A stretch of DNA of 64,000 nt, from the NCBI GenBank assembly GCA_000004985.1, contig GG738880.1; one strand, given 5' to 3'. Origin of the DNA: Naegleria gruberi (taxonomy: Eukaryota). The position numbers were made by a program, and so were the translations under genes. This document shows positions 42,908-55,800 of this stretch, piece by piece. The notes below the pieces were generated by a model. It saw only the letters and a list, made by a program, of their open reading frames with translations. It did no database searches and was not told the DNA's origin. Numbering within the stretch: position 1 is the stretch's first letter; the number at the start of each line of letters is the position of its first letter.

Positions 42908-44582
42908 CTATCAAAAGTATTGTTGCTGAAATATTTGCTTTTGCTACTTCTATAATGTGACAATATTCTCTCAGTTGTGTCGAATATATTGTTGATGTCA
43001 GCTGAGTGAGTATGAAAGAAATGGACTAATGCGCAATTAGAAAAATCAAAACTGATGTGTCAGGCAACAGTTGTTGGTTTTTTTTGGTGTGTTTTTGTTT
43101 TTAGAATTATTGTTTTTGGGTATTAGCTGATATTGTCGAACCATGAAAGATGGTGGAGCACTATCAAACAACGCAAACACAGTTGGATTCGCATCTGTCA
43201 GATGTTCTCAGCAAAACGCCATTAATTTACTGTCAGAAACGACATCATGCCTGTTGGCGTTATGCTTTGAATTTGAGGGTACCATCAAACAATTGGTCAT
43301 AGATCAATGGTTTTAATGTCCAATATTTTGTGTGCATACCGAAACATACCGATTATTTGAGTTGTTTCGAATATGAAAACAAACAAGTAGATGACAAACT
43401 TGTTTCCTACCTTATCACCATTTGGTTTAGATCCTCAAACCAAGGCAATCCACCTGATTTATCTAATCACCCAGATCTGCAACTTTTCCTATTGCATCAC
43501 TAGATGTTAAATCGAAACTTTCGCATAACACAATTAGTATGGAAAGTTGGTACTTTCAGGCAGTGCACTGTCTTGTCTCACCTTATCTTCTTGCCTTCAA
43601 TAATGTTTTGACACAAGTCGACAAGGTTTCAGACAACATTAAGAATTACAAATCAGAGGAGTCTGAGGAGGTTGACCATATTTGTCATGCATTGCACAAA
43701 CTGTTAAAATTTTCCATTACTTATTGCAAACTTCATTCCACAAGGAAATATTATCATTGGTTCATTATGGCGCACTGTGAAAGCTTGATAGATATCTGTT
43801 GGTTGTAATCCACCATCCAAATATTGTAATAATAACATTAATGTTGTTGTATAATAGAATACATGTTGTTGTGTGGTTGCAATTAGCAATGTTTCAAAGG
43901 TTGTTGATGTTTTCTCAGTCACCACAGTAAAGACCAACACAAATTGGCATAGACCGCCTTTTCGGTTTGAATATTTCTTTTAGGAAGAAAATTAATACGC
44001 AATCTCAAGAAACGAGGTATAAACAATTATGGCTATCCATCAAAATTTGGCAGATTTGATAACTATTATAAAATTCGGCGTTTGTAAACCACTTGATTGC
44101 TTGGGACATTGGCATGTAAGGAATGCTGTTCCTTTTGGGTTCCTTTGTATAATGTTCTTCTTTAGCAATTTTGCAAACCCTCCTTCAAAACTACAGTAAA
44201 GAACTACAGTTATTAGATTTGAAACAAAGTGTTGAAAATGTTAAATAATGAACTCATTGTTTGAGGAATTGGTGCACCTGAGCTCTGTAACACTGACTTT
44301 TGTGTGTAATAGGGTAAATTAAAGCGTTGACTATCAGCACTCCGAAACCGGTTAATATTCAATGCAATATTTGTTATGAGATATCCTAATATTGAGGCGG
44401 ATCACGTACCACATGTTAAATCAATAATAAGTTCAAATGGTAAATGGGTTCAAATCTTGGCTTATGTACATGAGACCATGCGAAAGTTAGAGCATTCCTT
44501 GTTACATCAAATTCGAAAGTCAATTATCTTGTTTATCTACAGATTCTGAGTCGATTTACAATTGTACATGGTCAGGAGTTGT

Positions 44583-45809
44583 TTAAATCTTAATATTCTT
44601 CGAGTATTTAAGGTGAAGAATGATTGCTGAATAGACAAGTAGACTGTGAGCATACTTGATGTCTGTGTTAGTGATTTCTACATAAAGACCTCCCTTCAAT
44701 TTGTCAAATGCCAACAGTTGAGCACGTTTTCTATACTTCCTTTCTTTTTCTGTTACAAGATCAGACTTGGTTCCAACTAATACCACTTCCATTGGATTGT
44801 GTTGTTCCAAATCTTTGATGTGCCTATCCAATCTATCCAAAGTTAGTGCACTATTACTTAAATCAAACATGGCAAATGCTACATGTCCTCCTCTGTAGTA
44901 TATTGGAGATAGTGTTGCAAATCTCTCTGGACCACTGTAATCCCACAATTGCAATTCAGAGATGGAATTGGGAATGAGTTTGTATCTTTGTTTCAAGAAG
45001 GAAGCTCCAATGGTCGGCATGTCTTCCTTTTGTCTACAATTAATATTCTTAATGGCACACTCCAAAGTGGATGTCTTTCCCACATAACAGTCACCAAGCA
45101 TGATTACTTTGAAAATTTGTGTCCCCTCAGTGATCATTGGTTTGTTTGGTTTCCTTTCAATTTGAATCGATGATGCTGAACTGTTATTTTTAAAGAATGA
45201 TGACAAGTAATGTAAAACTGAACTCATAACACCACTACTATTCTTTTCATCTGATTTCTTCTCAATTTCTACTTTGGAATTATTAGAAACAACTTGATCT
45301 GAATTAATAGGACTTTCCACCTTCCCAAAGAATTCACTATAACACTCTATCATTTCCAATTCAGTTCCAAACCATTCATATTCTTTCTTACAAAAATCCA
45401 TTGTAATCGTTGCATGCAAATTTTGTGTTCTAACCTCACCCATCTTGGTTACCCCAATCAATCGAGTCGCCAATTCATAAACATGTTCCTTAAACATCAT
45501 CTTGATGAAATTTCTTCCCATTCTACTTTGAAAAAGGCTTGAAAATGCTTCATCACCACCACTATTATTCGAATCATCATCAACCAATTGCGCATAATCT
45601 TGATAACGTTTCCAAATGATCGGAAGGGAAATCTCCCTCCACGACCTACAAACTCTCACCACGGAAAAGATCAAGTGGGTCATGGATAAATGTTGGAAAA
45701 TCTCTCCAGTGAGTTCATCCGGAAGGGTGGAAAATATTTCCTGGAAGGAATACTGCTTGGTTTTAGAGTTGAAAAACAGGCGAGTGAGGGCTGAATTGTT
45801 GTTGATCAT
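44583..45809 (-). CDS. F-box domain fused to a Rab-like small GTPase
   Basis: 408-aa ORF. The N-terminus has an F-box-like motif (LPDELTGEIFQHLSMTHLIFSVVRVCRSWREI). The C-terminal half is a Ras-superfamily G domain: G1 IMLGDCYVGKTS, switch II/G3 LWDYSGPERF, G4 LVGTKSDL, and a Rab-like fold (EITNTD...). It lacks the C-terminal CaaX/CC prenylation motif. Confidence 0.7.
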   Translation of the reverse strand: MINNNSALTRLFFNSKTKQYSFQEIFSTLPDELTGEIFQHLSMTHLIFSVVRVCRSWREISLPIIWKRYQDYAQLVDDDSNNSGGDEAFSSLFQSRMGRNFIKMMFKEHVYELATRLIGVTKMGEVRTQNLHATITMDFCKKEYEWFGTELEMIECYSEFFGKVESPINSDQVVSNNSKVEIEKKSDEKNSSGVMSSVLHYLSSFFKNNSSASSIQIERKPNKPMITEGTQIFKVIMLGDCYVGKTSTLECAIKNINCRQKEDMPTIGASFLKQRYKLIPNSISELQLWDYSGPERFATLSPIYYRGGHVAFAMFDLSNSALTLDRLDRHIKDLEQHNPMEVVLVGTKSDLVTEKERKYRKRAQLLAFDKLKGGLYVEITNTDIKYAHSLLVYSAIILHLKYSKNIKI

Positions 45810-45934
45810 TTTTTTTTTAAAGATTTTTTATTGTAATCTCAATGAATAGTAAATAGTCTTAATATGGAAGGTGAAAAATTTCATCATTTGGGATAAATTG
45901 AATGAACCATCATGTGGAAAAGAGGCTAATTTCT

Positions 45935-46909
45935 CTAAGGAATGAGTAAAATCTTGCCAGTACTTTTACGTTGTTCCAAAAATTCATGAGCTAGAGCTCC
46001 CTCACTCAATTTGAAATTCTTCCACTCACTAATTGTAATCTTTTTTTGAGAAATCCATGAAAATAATTCAGTGGAACGTTTCAATCTCTCCTCCCTACTT
46101 GTTAGGACATTCCACAAGTCGCCACCAGTGAGTGTTTTTGAGCCATCCATTAACATTCGTGGATTGATGAGTGGAGGATCGCCACCTGCCATTCCATAGA
46201 ATACGACAGTTCCTCCAATTTTTGTAATTTTGAATGAGTCCATGATTGTTGAACCAACTGATTCGTAGACTACGTTAACACCTATTTGATTGGTCAATTG
46301 AAGTATTTGTTCAGTCCAATTATCCTTATATAGAAAAACATGATCTGCTCCAATTTGTTTTGCAATTTCTGCCTTTTCTTCACTTGAAGTCAGTCCAATA
46401 ACTGTTCCTCCCAATAATTTGATAATTTGGGTAAGCAATTGACCAACTCCACCTGCCACTGCATGCACCACTGCAACAGTTCCCTCCTTCACAACAAATG
46501 AATCTCTTGTCAAATAATGAGCTGTCAATCCTTGCAACAAGACAGCTGCTGCCATCTCTGATGAAATCTCATCTGGCAGAGGAATTGCCTTCTCCACAGT
46601 AACTTTCACCAATTGAGCATTGGCATGAGGCACATCAGCAAAACCAACTCTCATCCCCACTCGAATCAAATCAGAGTTCACCTCACTTCCAATCTCTTCT
46701 ACAATTCCAGCCCCTTCATATCCCAAAATATAGGGAGGTTCTCCCACCAAATGATAATTTCCATTCCTTCTGTAAATATCTGCAAAATTCAAGCCAATGG
46801 CCTGAGTCCTAACCAACACATCATTCTTTCCAATTTGTGGTTTTTCCAATTCTTTCATGTAGAGAACTTGAGAAGCTTCTCCGAATCGATCAAAAACAAG
46901 AGCTTGCAT
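45935..46909 (-). CDS. NADPH:quinone oxidoreductase / zeta-crystallin-like medium-chain dehydrogenase
   Basis: 324-aa ORF. MQALVFDRFGEASQVLYMKELEKPQ, GLNFADIYRRNG and the Rossmann motif VAGGVGQLLTQIIKLLGGTVIGLTSSEEK match the quinone-oxidoreductase subfamily. Confidence 0.8.
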   Translation of the reverse strand: MQALVFDRFGEASQVLYMKELEKPQIGKNDVLVRTQAIGLNFADIYRRNGNYHLVGEPPYILGYEGAGIVEEIGSEVNSDLIRVGMRVGFADVPHANAQLVKVTVEKAIPLPDEISSEMAAAVLLQGLTAHYLTRDSFVVKEGTVAVVHAVAGGVGQLLTQIIKLLGGTVIGLTSSEEKAEIAKQIGADHVFLYKDNWTEQILQLTNQIGVNVVYESVGSTIMDSFKITKIGGTVVFYGMAGGDPPLINPRMLMDGSKTLTGGDLWNVLTSREERLKRSTELFSWISQKKITISEWKNFKLSEGALAHEFLEQRKSTGKILLIP

Positions 46910-47278
46910 GATACTTTAATTTGTTGTGTTGAGCTTTTTTTTAGAGATTATGCATGACGTCTCTTGTGTGATGAGGAGGAGAATTGTTCATTGGTAATTA
47001 CGGAATTAGAGTAATTAAAGCGTCCTTATTGATGGAAAGTTGCAATTGTTTTTACTGTTTTTTTTGGAGTTGATGTGAAAATGTCTGAACTCACTCTTCT
47101 AGTCTGTGAATCATGGCAACTTCTGCTGGATATTAAGCCATGCTGAACTCTTATTGTGAATCTACGAAGAGTTTCGTCTTGTTTTTTAGAAGAAATATGT
47201 TAAATTAATTAAAAATACACTATTTTATTTAAAACACAGCGCGTTAAGTATTGAAAAAAGACAAACTATTTTGATCAC

Positions 47279-48652
47279 TTATTGTTCAGTGTACTTTTTC
47301 AATTCTTGTTGGAGATTCCAATTTTCCTTTTCCAAAGCTTCAACACGTTGTCTCAATTCTTCATTTTGCTTGACCAATTCTTGTGGATTTGAAGTCTTGG
47401 CTGGCAAAACAGTCTTTGGTTGTTTGGCCTTAATTTCAACGTTTGGTTTGAAATCACGGAATTGAACATCAATTTCCTTATCTTCTGGATTCATGGAAAC
47501 CAAAGATAATTCAGCATCTTGACCAGAGAAGTAATCAGAAGCAGACAAGGCAGGAGATGGAGAAGCAGTCTTTGGATAGATATCAGATTGGAACAATTCA
47601 GACTTTCTTGGAACAGTGAATGAAATTGGAGTAATTTGATTAGCAGTCAACTTGAACAATCTGACAATTTCGTTAGAAGTAGTATCAACAGCAATCTTTG
47701 GAAGCATAGCCATACCCATTTGTGGATCAGTTGATCTAAATTCAGACAATGAGTGAATGTATGGTTCTTCATTAGTAACTTCAAAGAATCTAATGTTACC
47801 ATCACCCTTACCAGCCAAGAAGAGCAAATTAGTATCTGGATCATAGAATGGCATAATCAAACCAGAAGCCATATCAATATTAACAGTGTGCAATGGCTTT
47901 TCCAATGAACGTGGATCCCACATCATGTATTGTCTTTCAGAGGTCTTTGAGAAACCAACAGAGAACAATCTATCAGTATTGGTAATCCATTGAACACGAG
48001 ATCCCTTAGTACCACCATGACCTTCAACTTCAAGAGCAACTGCACCCTTTCTAGGATCAATAATTCTCAACTTTTTATCCTTTGAAGTGGAGGCAAACAA
48101 TGAACCATTCTTATTGAAAGAAATTGATTGAATATCTTTCCACAAATCTTTCATTTCAACTTGGCTCTTACCAGTTTCAATATCCCACAAAACAACTTTG
48201 TGATCTTGACCAGCAGTCAACAAGACATTGTTAGCAGTTGGATGGAATTCCAACAAACCAACCTTCTTCATGTGACCTTCCAATGTAACTGATGGTTCAG
48301 TAACAGTGCTTGTCAAACCATCTTGTGGAATTGACCAAATCTTGGCAGTAGCATCAACTGAACCAGTTGCCAAAATATATTGATTGAATGGATGGAACTT
48401 TAAATCCAAAACAGCACCAGTGTGGCCAGATAAAAGTGGCAAATCAGCAGCTTGTTTACCTGGAGTCTTTTGGTTCAAAACAGCAACTGAACCACCACCA
48501 CCTTGCCATGGAACAGCAACGAACAAGGCATTAGCAGCAAGCCAATTAGAATCCCAAGCACCAACATTTGGACGAATGTTTTGGAAGGCGAATTCTGCCT
48601 TGTATGGTTCACCGAAAACGTGACGATAGAGTGATGATCTGACAATGGACAT
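47279..48652 (-). CDS. Coronin (WD40 actin-binding protein with C-terminal coiled coil)
   Basis: 457-aa ORF with the coronin N-terminal signature (SSLYRHVFGEPYKAEFAFQNIRPN...), WD repeats (LSGHTGAVLDLKFHPF, WSIP, LEGHMKKV) and a C-terminal heptad coiled coil (QELVKQNEELRQRVEALEKENWNLQQELKK). Confidence 0.85.
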   Translation of the reverse strand: MSIVRSSLYRHVFGEPYKAEFAFQNIRPNVGAWDSNWLAANALFVAVPWQGGGGSVAVLNQKTPGKQAADLPLLSGHTGAVLDLKFHPFNQYILATGSVDATAKIWSIPQDGLTSTVTEPSVTLEGHMKKVGLLEFHPTANNVLLTAGQDHKVVLWDIETGKSQVEMKDLWKDIQSISFNKNGSLFASTSKDKKLRIIDPRKGAVALEVEGHGGTKGSRVQWITNTDRLFSVGFSKTSERQYMMWDPRSLEKPLHTVNIDMASGLIMPFYDPDTNLLFLAGKGDGNIRFFEVTNEEPYIHSLSEFRSTDPQMGMAMLPKIAVDTTSNEIVRLFKLTANQITPISFTVPRKSELFQSDIYPKTASPSPALSASDYFSGQDAELSLVSMNPEDKEIDVQFRDFKPNVEIKAKQPKTVLPAKTSNPQELVKQNEELRQRVEALEKENWNLQQELKKYTEQ

Positions 48653-49389
48653 TTTTCTATTTAATTTATATTGTATAAATGTAAAAGGTGTATAGATTTT
48701 TCAAAACGTGTGGATTAAACATAGAGTTTCGAATAAAAAGTGTGTGAAAGCATGTTAAAAAAAAATTAAAGAGAGAAATTAGCTACGTACGGTTTTTGTG
48801 TATTTTTTTGATTTGTTTGCTGGTGCCTTCGCTTACGTATTATGATGATAATTTGCTAGTTGATGTGCATGTCAATCAAACATGTCCAACTGTCAAAAAA
48901 AATCAACCAATCAATGTTGATGGACATTAATCGTTGAAAGATAGGTACGTGTGAGTATTCGATATTGTTGGCACAATGTTCCATAAGGTCTGAGAGCGTT
49001 GGGGGAAATAGTTCAATTTTAGAAAGTAATACTACCTTGTTTAATACTTTACAATAAAATGTTTAATTAAAATAATTGTTGACATGTTTGGAAACAATTG
49101 AATCTCTTTCTTTTGTAAGAGAAGTATTCGTAGAAGGTTACATTGAAATTTAACATTTTTGAATAATAATGAGAATTCGAAACCTTTCTAATACCAGTTG
49201 AGATAAAGAAAATGATGAGAGAATTGTTTTGCAGGAAAATAGGGTGCAATTGATCTTTCTTTATCTCATATAAAAATAAATTTTAAAAAAAATTATTAAT
49301 AATAACATTTTTATTTTCCAAATAAACCACTTCCATTTTAAGAAATACTATATATTAAGCAATTATTCAACAACAATTCTAAAAAAAAA

Positions 49390-49674
49390 ATGAACGAACA
49401 AGAAGAAAAGGCAATCAGAGAACACGACAAACAAGAAGAAAACACTCGACTCTATTATTTAGCACAGGTGCCATTTGTCAGTTCTTATGGAGGTTTGATG
49501 GGAGATTGCATGTTTTATGGACACGGCGATGTTGGAGAATCTTCTGGAAAGTATAAGGGAGCAAAGATTGAACACAAGATTCGAACGGAAGAAACTAAAC
49601 TATTTGATGATAAAGGAGAGGAAATTAAATATGATCAAGAAGAGGAGGTTGAAGAAAAACAAGTGAATCCTTAA
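49390..49674 (+). CDS. Small acidic hypothetical protein (94 aa)
   Basis: Isolated ORF starting at ATG, preceded by an A-rich leader, with no overlap with other genes. Charged E/K-rich, no recognisable domain. Confidence 0.3.
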   Translation: MNEQEEKAIREHDKQEENTRLYYLAQVPFVSSYGGLMGDCMFYGHGDVGESSGKYKGAKIEHKIRTEETKLFDDKGEEIKYDQEEEVEEKQVNP

Positions 49675-49833
49675 TGAAAACCTTTCAGTTTATGACCGTT
49701 TGGGATTGTGGACATCTTTCGTCCGAACTTTCAGTGACACATCCAAGTTTCGAATAAAAAATCCAAAACTAATTGACCTAAACCAACAAAAAAATCAGAG
49801 AAGGTTCACCATCACTCTGCTGAAGGTGTCAAA

Positions 49834-52800
49834 ATGTCATCAACCCGATCAATTTTCCTTCAAATTTTCATCACTTCCTTCATTGTTTTGTTTTTTTCAT
49901 CATTTAATTGTTTTTTATTATTATCAGATAATGAACATGATAATAATGATGGAATAATCATACAATCGACAAGAGAATCAGGATTAAGTTTCGGATTGGT
50001 GGAAGCTAGTCTATTTTATGGAAATATTACACTTTCGAATATGAATTATTTGACCTCTCTTAGGTATAATCCAATTTATTATGATTATCCGAATGGAATT
50101 TTATATGCTTTTGGAGGAAATGATAGTAAGAAACGAGTTACAAAATCAGTGGCTGCTACTAAATCTTTAAGAGAAATTAGAAAAAGTAATGGAAACGTTT
50201 ACAATACAACTGTTCATTCAGATTTTGGAGATTTTCAACAAATTTCAACTCTCACCACTGCTATGGTCAATTATGCTGTTTATTCGATTAATAATCCAAC
50301 TGGTGGAAGATTAGTTTATTTATTTGGTGGAGATTCAACATTTGGAATTATTCAGGCCTCTAACTCAATTACTAATCTAAATTATTATTCACCAAATTTG
50401 GCAAATATTCCACCAACCTATTTTGCACACTTCATTACTGAACAATATATTTATTTAATTGGTGGTATTTCGAATGGTGGTGTTTATGATAATGGAATTT
50501 TCAGAGCTAATCTTTCAAGTTTATTAACTCAATGGGAAAGATTTGCTGATTTTCCAGTAACTATTGCAAAGGCAAATGCATTTCTATTGAATGGAGATGT
50601 TTATGTCATTGGTGGAAAGAATAATGAGACTGATGATAATCGGATTGTTTATTCTGTTCCATTGAATGATTTGGAAACACTTTCTGCTAATTTTATTGAG
50701 ATTGCTACCTTGAGCCGACCAACAGTTGGTTCTTCACTCGTATTGACAAGGGATTATGGTTTCCTATTTGGAGATGAGAATGCTGGTTCTGGAGTAGGTA
50801 TTGATACTGTCCTTGTTTTTCCCACAAGTGATGTTTCACAAATATTCGAAATTGGTATCAATGATTATTATTTCTCTTATGGTGTTCCAGTTGTGGTTTC
50901 TGGAACTATTGCTAGTTTCTTTGAGAGCACTCGTTCAGAACTTGTTGAAATTGAATTGGCATCAGATGCAGTTCCATATTGTTTCGGATTGGATGCAACG
51001 AATCCAGTTGCATGTTCGGGACATGGAAATTGTGTTGCCAATGAATACTGCAGCTGCAAGAGAGGATATTATGGCATGGATTGTTCAGTCACCTTTCTAT
51101 GCAATGGAACCATTTCCTATTCTCAGAATGTGTGCAGTGGCTACGGTTCTTGTGTCAATACGGATGAATGTTCCTGTAGAGCCAATAGAGATGGAAAGTT
51201 TTGTCAATTCAGTTATTGTAGTGGTATTCTTAATACTGATCCAACAGTTTGTAATGGAAAGGGATCTTGTGTGAATTCAGTTTGTCAGTGTGAGCAGGGA
51301 TTTTATGGAAGTGAGTGTAAGAATTATTCGTGTTACGAAATACCTTCCACTAATTCTTCAGCTGCATGTTCAGGACATGGCACTTGCAATTCACCAAATA
51401 ATTGCACTTGTTATGGACCTTATTCTGGAGACATGTGTCAGAGATTTTATTGTGGAATTTTCTCGAATGAAGATGCCGATATGGCTTGTAGTGGGAATGG
51501 AAAGTGTACTGAACCTGGCAAATGCACATGTAACAGTGGATTTTATGGAGCCAATTGTGAATCTTTTAATTGTTATGGTGAAATATTCAATAGTTCAAGA
51601 GTGTGTAATGGAAACGGTTCATGTATTTCACCAGATCACTGCACATGTCGAAATGGCTATACTGGATCAAACTGCTCAATTCCAACTTGTTTTGGAGAGA
51701 ATGGCACCTTGGCTTGTGATTCACACGGAATTTGTACAGCTCCTGATACATGTAATTGTACAGGAGGATACTATGGCAGTAGATGTTCAATGTTTACGTG
51801 TTTTGGAGTCGATTACAAGGAACCATCTGTTTGTTCTTCTGAAGGTTCTTGTGTAGCTCCAGATACTTGTGAATGTAATCAATTCTATACAGGAAATAAC
51901 TGTTCTCATTACACATGTTTTGATGTGAGAGATGACAATTCAACTTTAGTTTGTTCAGGAAATGGAAAATGTACCAAACCTAATGTTTGTTCATGTAAGG
52001 AGGGATACACTTCTGCCAATTGCTCTGCGTATTCTTGTAATGGTATTGGACATGATAATTCAAAGGTCTGTAACTCTGTTGGTGTTTGCACATCACCAAA
52101 TAATTGTACCTGTCAATCAGGTTACTATGGTTCTGATTGCCAAGTTTCAGAGTGTTTTGGAATTAGAAGTGATAATCAAAGTGTTTGTTCTGGAAGAGGT
52201 GAATGTAGTGGAAGAAATGCTTGCAACTGCTCTCAAAATTATTTAGGATCCCAATGTGAATTGACATCTTGTTTCGGCATTCTTTCGAATATATCCAATG
52301 TCTGTAATGGAAATGGAAAATGCATAGACTTTGATCAATGCTCTTGTAAGGAGGGATATTCAAGTCCCCAATGCACAGATTTCTATTGTGGAACTTTTCA
52401 TTTTAATAATTCTGCAACTTGCTCCGGAAAGGGAAGTTGTGTTTCGCCTAATTCATGCAACTGCTCAATTCCCTACTTTGGAAAGTATTGTGAAAACTTT
52501 AATTGTTTCAATATTTTGAATAACCAATCAACAGTTTGCTCTTCACATGGATCTTGCATAGCTCCCGATACTTGCAAATGTGAAGAAGGTTATTTGGGAC
52601 AAAATTGTTCCTCCTTTTCATGTTTCAACAAGACAGCTGATAGTGATGATGTTTGTTCTGGAAGAGGTTTATGTATTTCACCAAATACATGCATGTGTAC
52701 TGTGGAAGGGTTCCTTGGAATGGATTGCAACTTGTCATTGCCATTTGATATTTATTTGAATGTTTCGAATAGTATTGTTATTTATAGTGATGATAATCCA

Positions 52801-55800
52801 ATTATTGGATTCAAAGTTTTATCAAATTATAACGAATCTGATTTCTTTGGATACAGATTAACATCTTCTGGAATTGCTCCTGTCAATCAAAAGAGCAATG
52901 AATTTACTCTTGACACTAGTCAACTTTCTATTGGCCTTACCAATTATTTCCTAATTGCCAGATTGAAGAACAGCAGAACTTCCTCATCTCTAAAACTTTC
53001 TGTTGTGAAATTACAAAAATCCAGACCATCAATTGCAATTTCCAAGTTTGTATCTGTCAATGTTCCTGAATTTATTGTTTCTAGAAATGCCACAACATTT
53101 GACTTTTATTTATTGAACTTGACAATTAGTGGGCAGTCTGTTTCTTCATTATTTGGATGTAATTCTAAATGTTTAGCCGATTATTCTTATTAATATTTAC
53201 TTGACAGGTGATTCTTTGGATTCAGTTTACAATATTTCCTCTTTACAAAGTTCTTCCTATGTTCTTATCAGTGATGCAAGCAATTCTATTGGATTTAGTC
53301 CAATTCTTCAAATTCCATCCTTTACTCTAACTAAATCTCAATTGGAACAAGCAACATTTTTACAATTTGATTTTACAATTGGATCTGCAATTGGTTCCAA
53401 GAGAATTCCAATCATTTCTGCACCAAAACCAAAGAATGGTGTACTCACAGCTAGTAGCTCAATTTCAAGAGGAGTTGCCCTGACAGATGCCTACAACATT
53501 GCATCAGTTGAGTTTTCAGCTGCCACTCAATTGTTACCTCTCAGTTATGCTTATGCATTCTATGAGCCATCACAAGGCAGAGTTCTTAGAATGAGTTCAT
53601 TCTCTACTAGCTCAGTTGCCTCCATTTATTTACCATTCATTGCAAGCAGTGGAAACGTCAGTTCAGTTGACATTTATTTACTTGTTAAGGATGATTTGGA
53701 TTTTATTGATCAGTATTACATTTTCACTCTAGAAGTCACACCATATTTAGGAAATACTGATTCATTGTTCAATCAAACTCTTCCAGATTCTATCAAGACA
53801 GTTTTTGCGTATGATAATTCCATCAAACAGTCGAATTCTGTTGCAGATCAAGTTGTGAAAAACATTGAAATTCCAACAAATTCACCAGAAGCATCTCTCT
53901 CTGTCATTCAACAAATTCTTCCACAAAATGCCAATACTCCATCAGTAGTTAAGGAAGTTCAATCAAAAGTTCAATCATTCCTTGGCAGTGTCCAAACAAG
54001 TCAATCAGAGGAAATGAAAAAGTATGGTTTCGTAAAGAATCCACTCAGTAGTACTGCACTCCAATCGACTTTGAATCTCATTTCGGATTTATTCTCATCC
54101 AATAGGAAATATCCAGCTACTGGAAACACTTCAACAACAGAATCTCTAGTTTTATCATTTAGTAAGATTTTACTTTCGAATGCTTTACCGAAAGTTGTCA
54201 ATTCCAAAGATTCAGACCTACCAAATGTTAATTATCATTCCAGTGAAATGAATGTCACTGTCTCTTCACTAATTTTCGGCTCAACCACTGACAATGCAAT
54301 TCAACAAACTCTTCATGGAACAAACTCACAACTTTCATTGAATTTAAAGAAAGTTGCCAAACAATTTGGTGGAGAATCAACAAATATTGGATTATCATTG
54401 ATAACCTATTCTCAAAATGTTAAATCGGATAATTATTCTGCAAGTGTTCAATCTGGATCAACTCTGGTTGAATTTAAATATTATCAAGATGCACAAGTAG
54501 TGACATTGAAGGATTTGGATTCACCATTTACTTTGATATTCACACCACTCAATGATCAAATCAAACAAAATTTAACACTCAACACTACGAATGTTAAATG
54601 TATGTATTGGAATGAGGAAGTGTCAATGTGGAAATCAGATGGCTGTCAATATTCAAATTCCTCAAAAGATTCTATCATTTGTCAATGCACTCACACAACC
54701 AAATTCTCCACTTTTATTGAGTATACTTCATCCTATTCGAACACAACTAAATTGACCGAAACTGAACTATTGTACATTGCCAGCGTGTACAGTGCAGAGA
54801 TTAGTTTTGGAATAATGTTTGCAATCTGCTCTGCCATCATTCTCATTGTCTTGATTATTTACAGGAAGGAACAACCATTACTTTCAAGATTCTTGACTCC
54901 ATTCTTGGGAATGCTTGCTCTATTAGTGGAAAGTGTTTTAATTTCAATTGTGCAAAGATCTGTACTTGTTAGTCAACTCTTACCAAGTCAATCTAAAATG
55001 TGGGAATCTGGAGGCGAAACTGCCACTAATATTGTTGGAAATGTCACTATGATTATTGTAAACACATTGAATTTGACAGCCATCTTGGCATATGTCATCC
55101 AAGTTATTAGATTCCAGCTCCTCAAATATTTATATGATGTGATAGCTCAGAAGAATAATGGTCAATCATTCATGATGAAAGTATTGAGATTCGTCACTTC
55201 TAAAAAGCTTTTCGTCACTCTGATTGTCATTTCATTAATCTTTAATTTGTGCTATTGGTTAATGTGGGTCTTGTTAGTGAGATTGAGTGTTATTACTGCA
55301 TCTGTTTATACTGAGGCAGTTTCCATTTCGTATACAGTTATTATATTCGGATATAGTGTGATTATTAGTATTATAGCAATTGTGGATATTATTTCTAGTA
55401 CAAGACAAAAGAAGATTAAGAGGAGAAGAAGGTCAACTGTCAATTCATTGTCTTCAACTAGCTCAACAAAATCATCCCAGTCACTTATTCCATCAAAATC
55501 TACTCGAAGATTCTTTTATTTGGATGCTCCTTTATTTTTCAGATCTGAAATGTTCATGTATTTGGTCTGTTTTGCACTCATGATTATTCAACAAGTTATT
55601 GGATTAGTTTCTAATAATTTCAGATTTATTGATGCAAATGCTTATGAAATTGCAATTTATTTTGATGGAATTCGATTTGCATTTGAAGTATTGTACACTT
55701 GTGTGTATTTACTTGTATTTGGAGGTTTTGCTATTCTTGTACTAATTGTCTACAAGGTAAAAATTAACAAGAGAAGAAAACAACTGGTCAACCAAGATTT

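Noticed and set aside
44400-44480. tRNA-like T-arm (GGTTCAAATCTTGG) in an intergenic region
   Set aside because: The flanking sequence cannot be folded into acceptor, D or anticodon stems. The 5-bp T-stem pairing is poor (ATGGG/CTTGG) and there is no CCA-proximal acceptor complementarity.
50801-52519. Several 60-190-aa ORFs on both strands inside the EGF-repeat region (50801..51274+, 51290..51856+, 51962..52246+, 51587..51790-, 52163..52363-)
   Set aside because: They lie in alternative frames of a tandem Cys-codon-periodic coding repeat. Their translations are low-complexity (V/L/H/M-rich) with no motifs. The main frame carries the coherent EGF-repeat protein.
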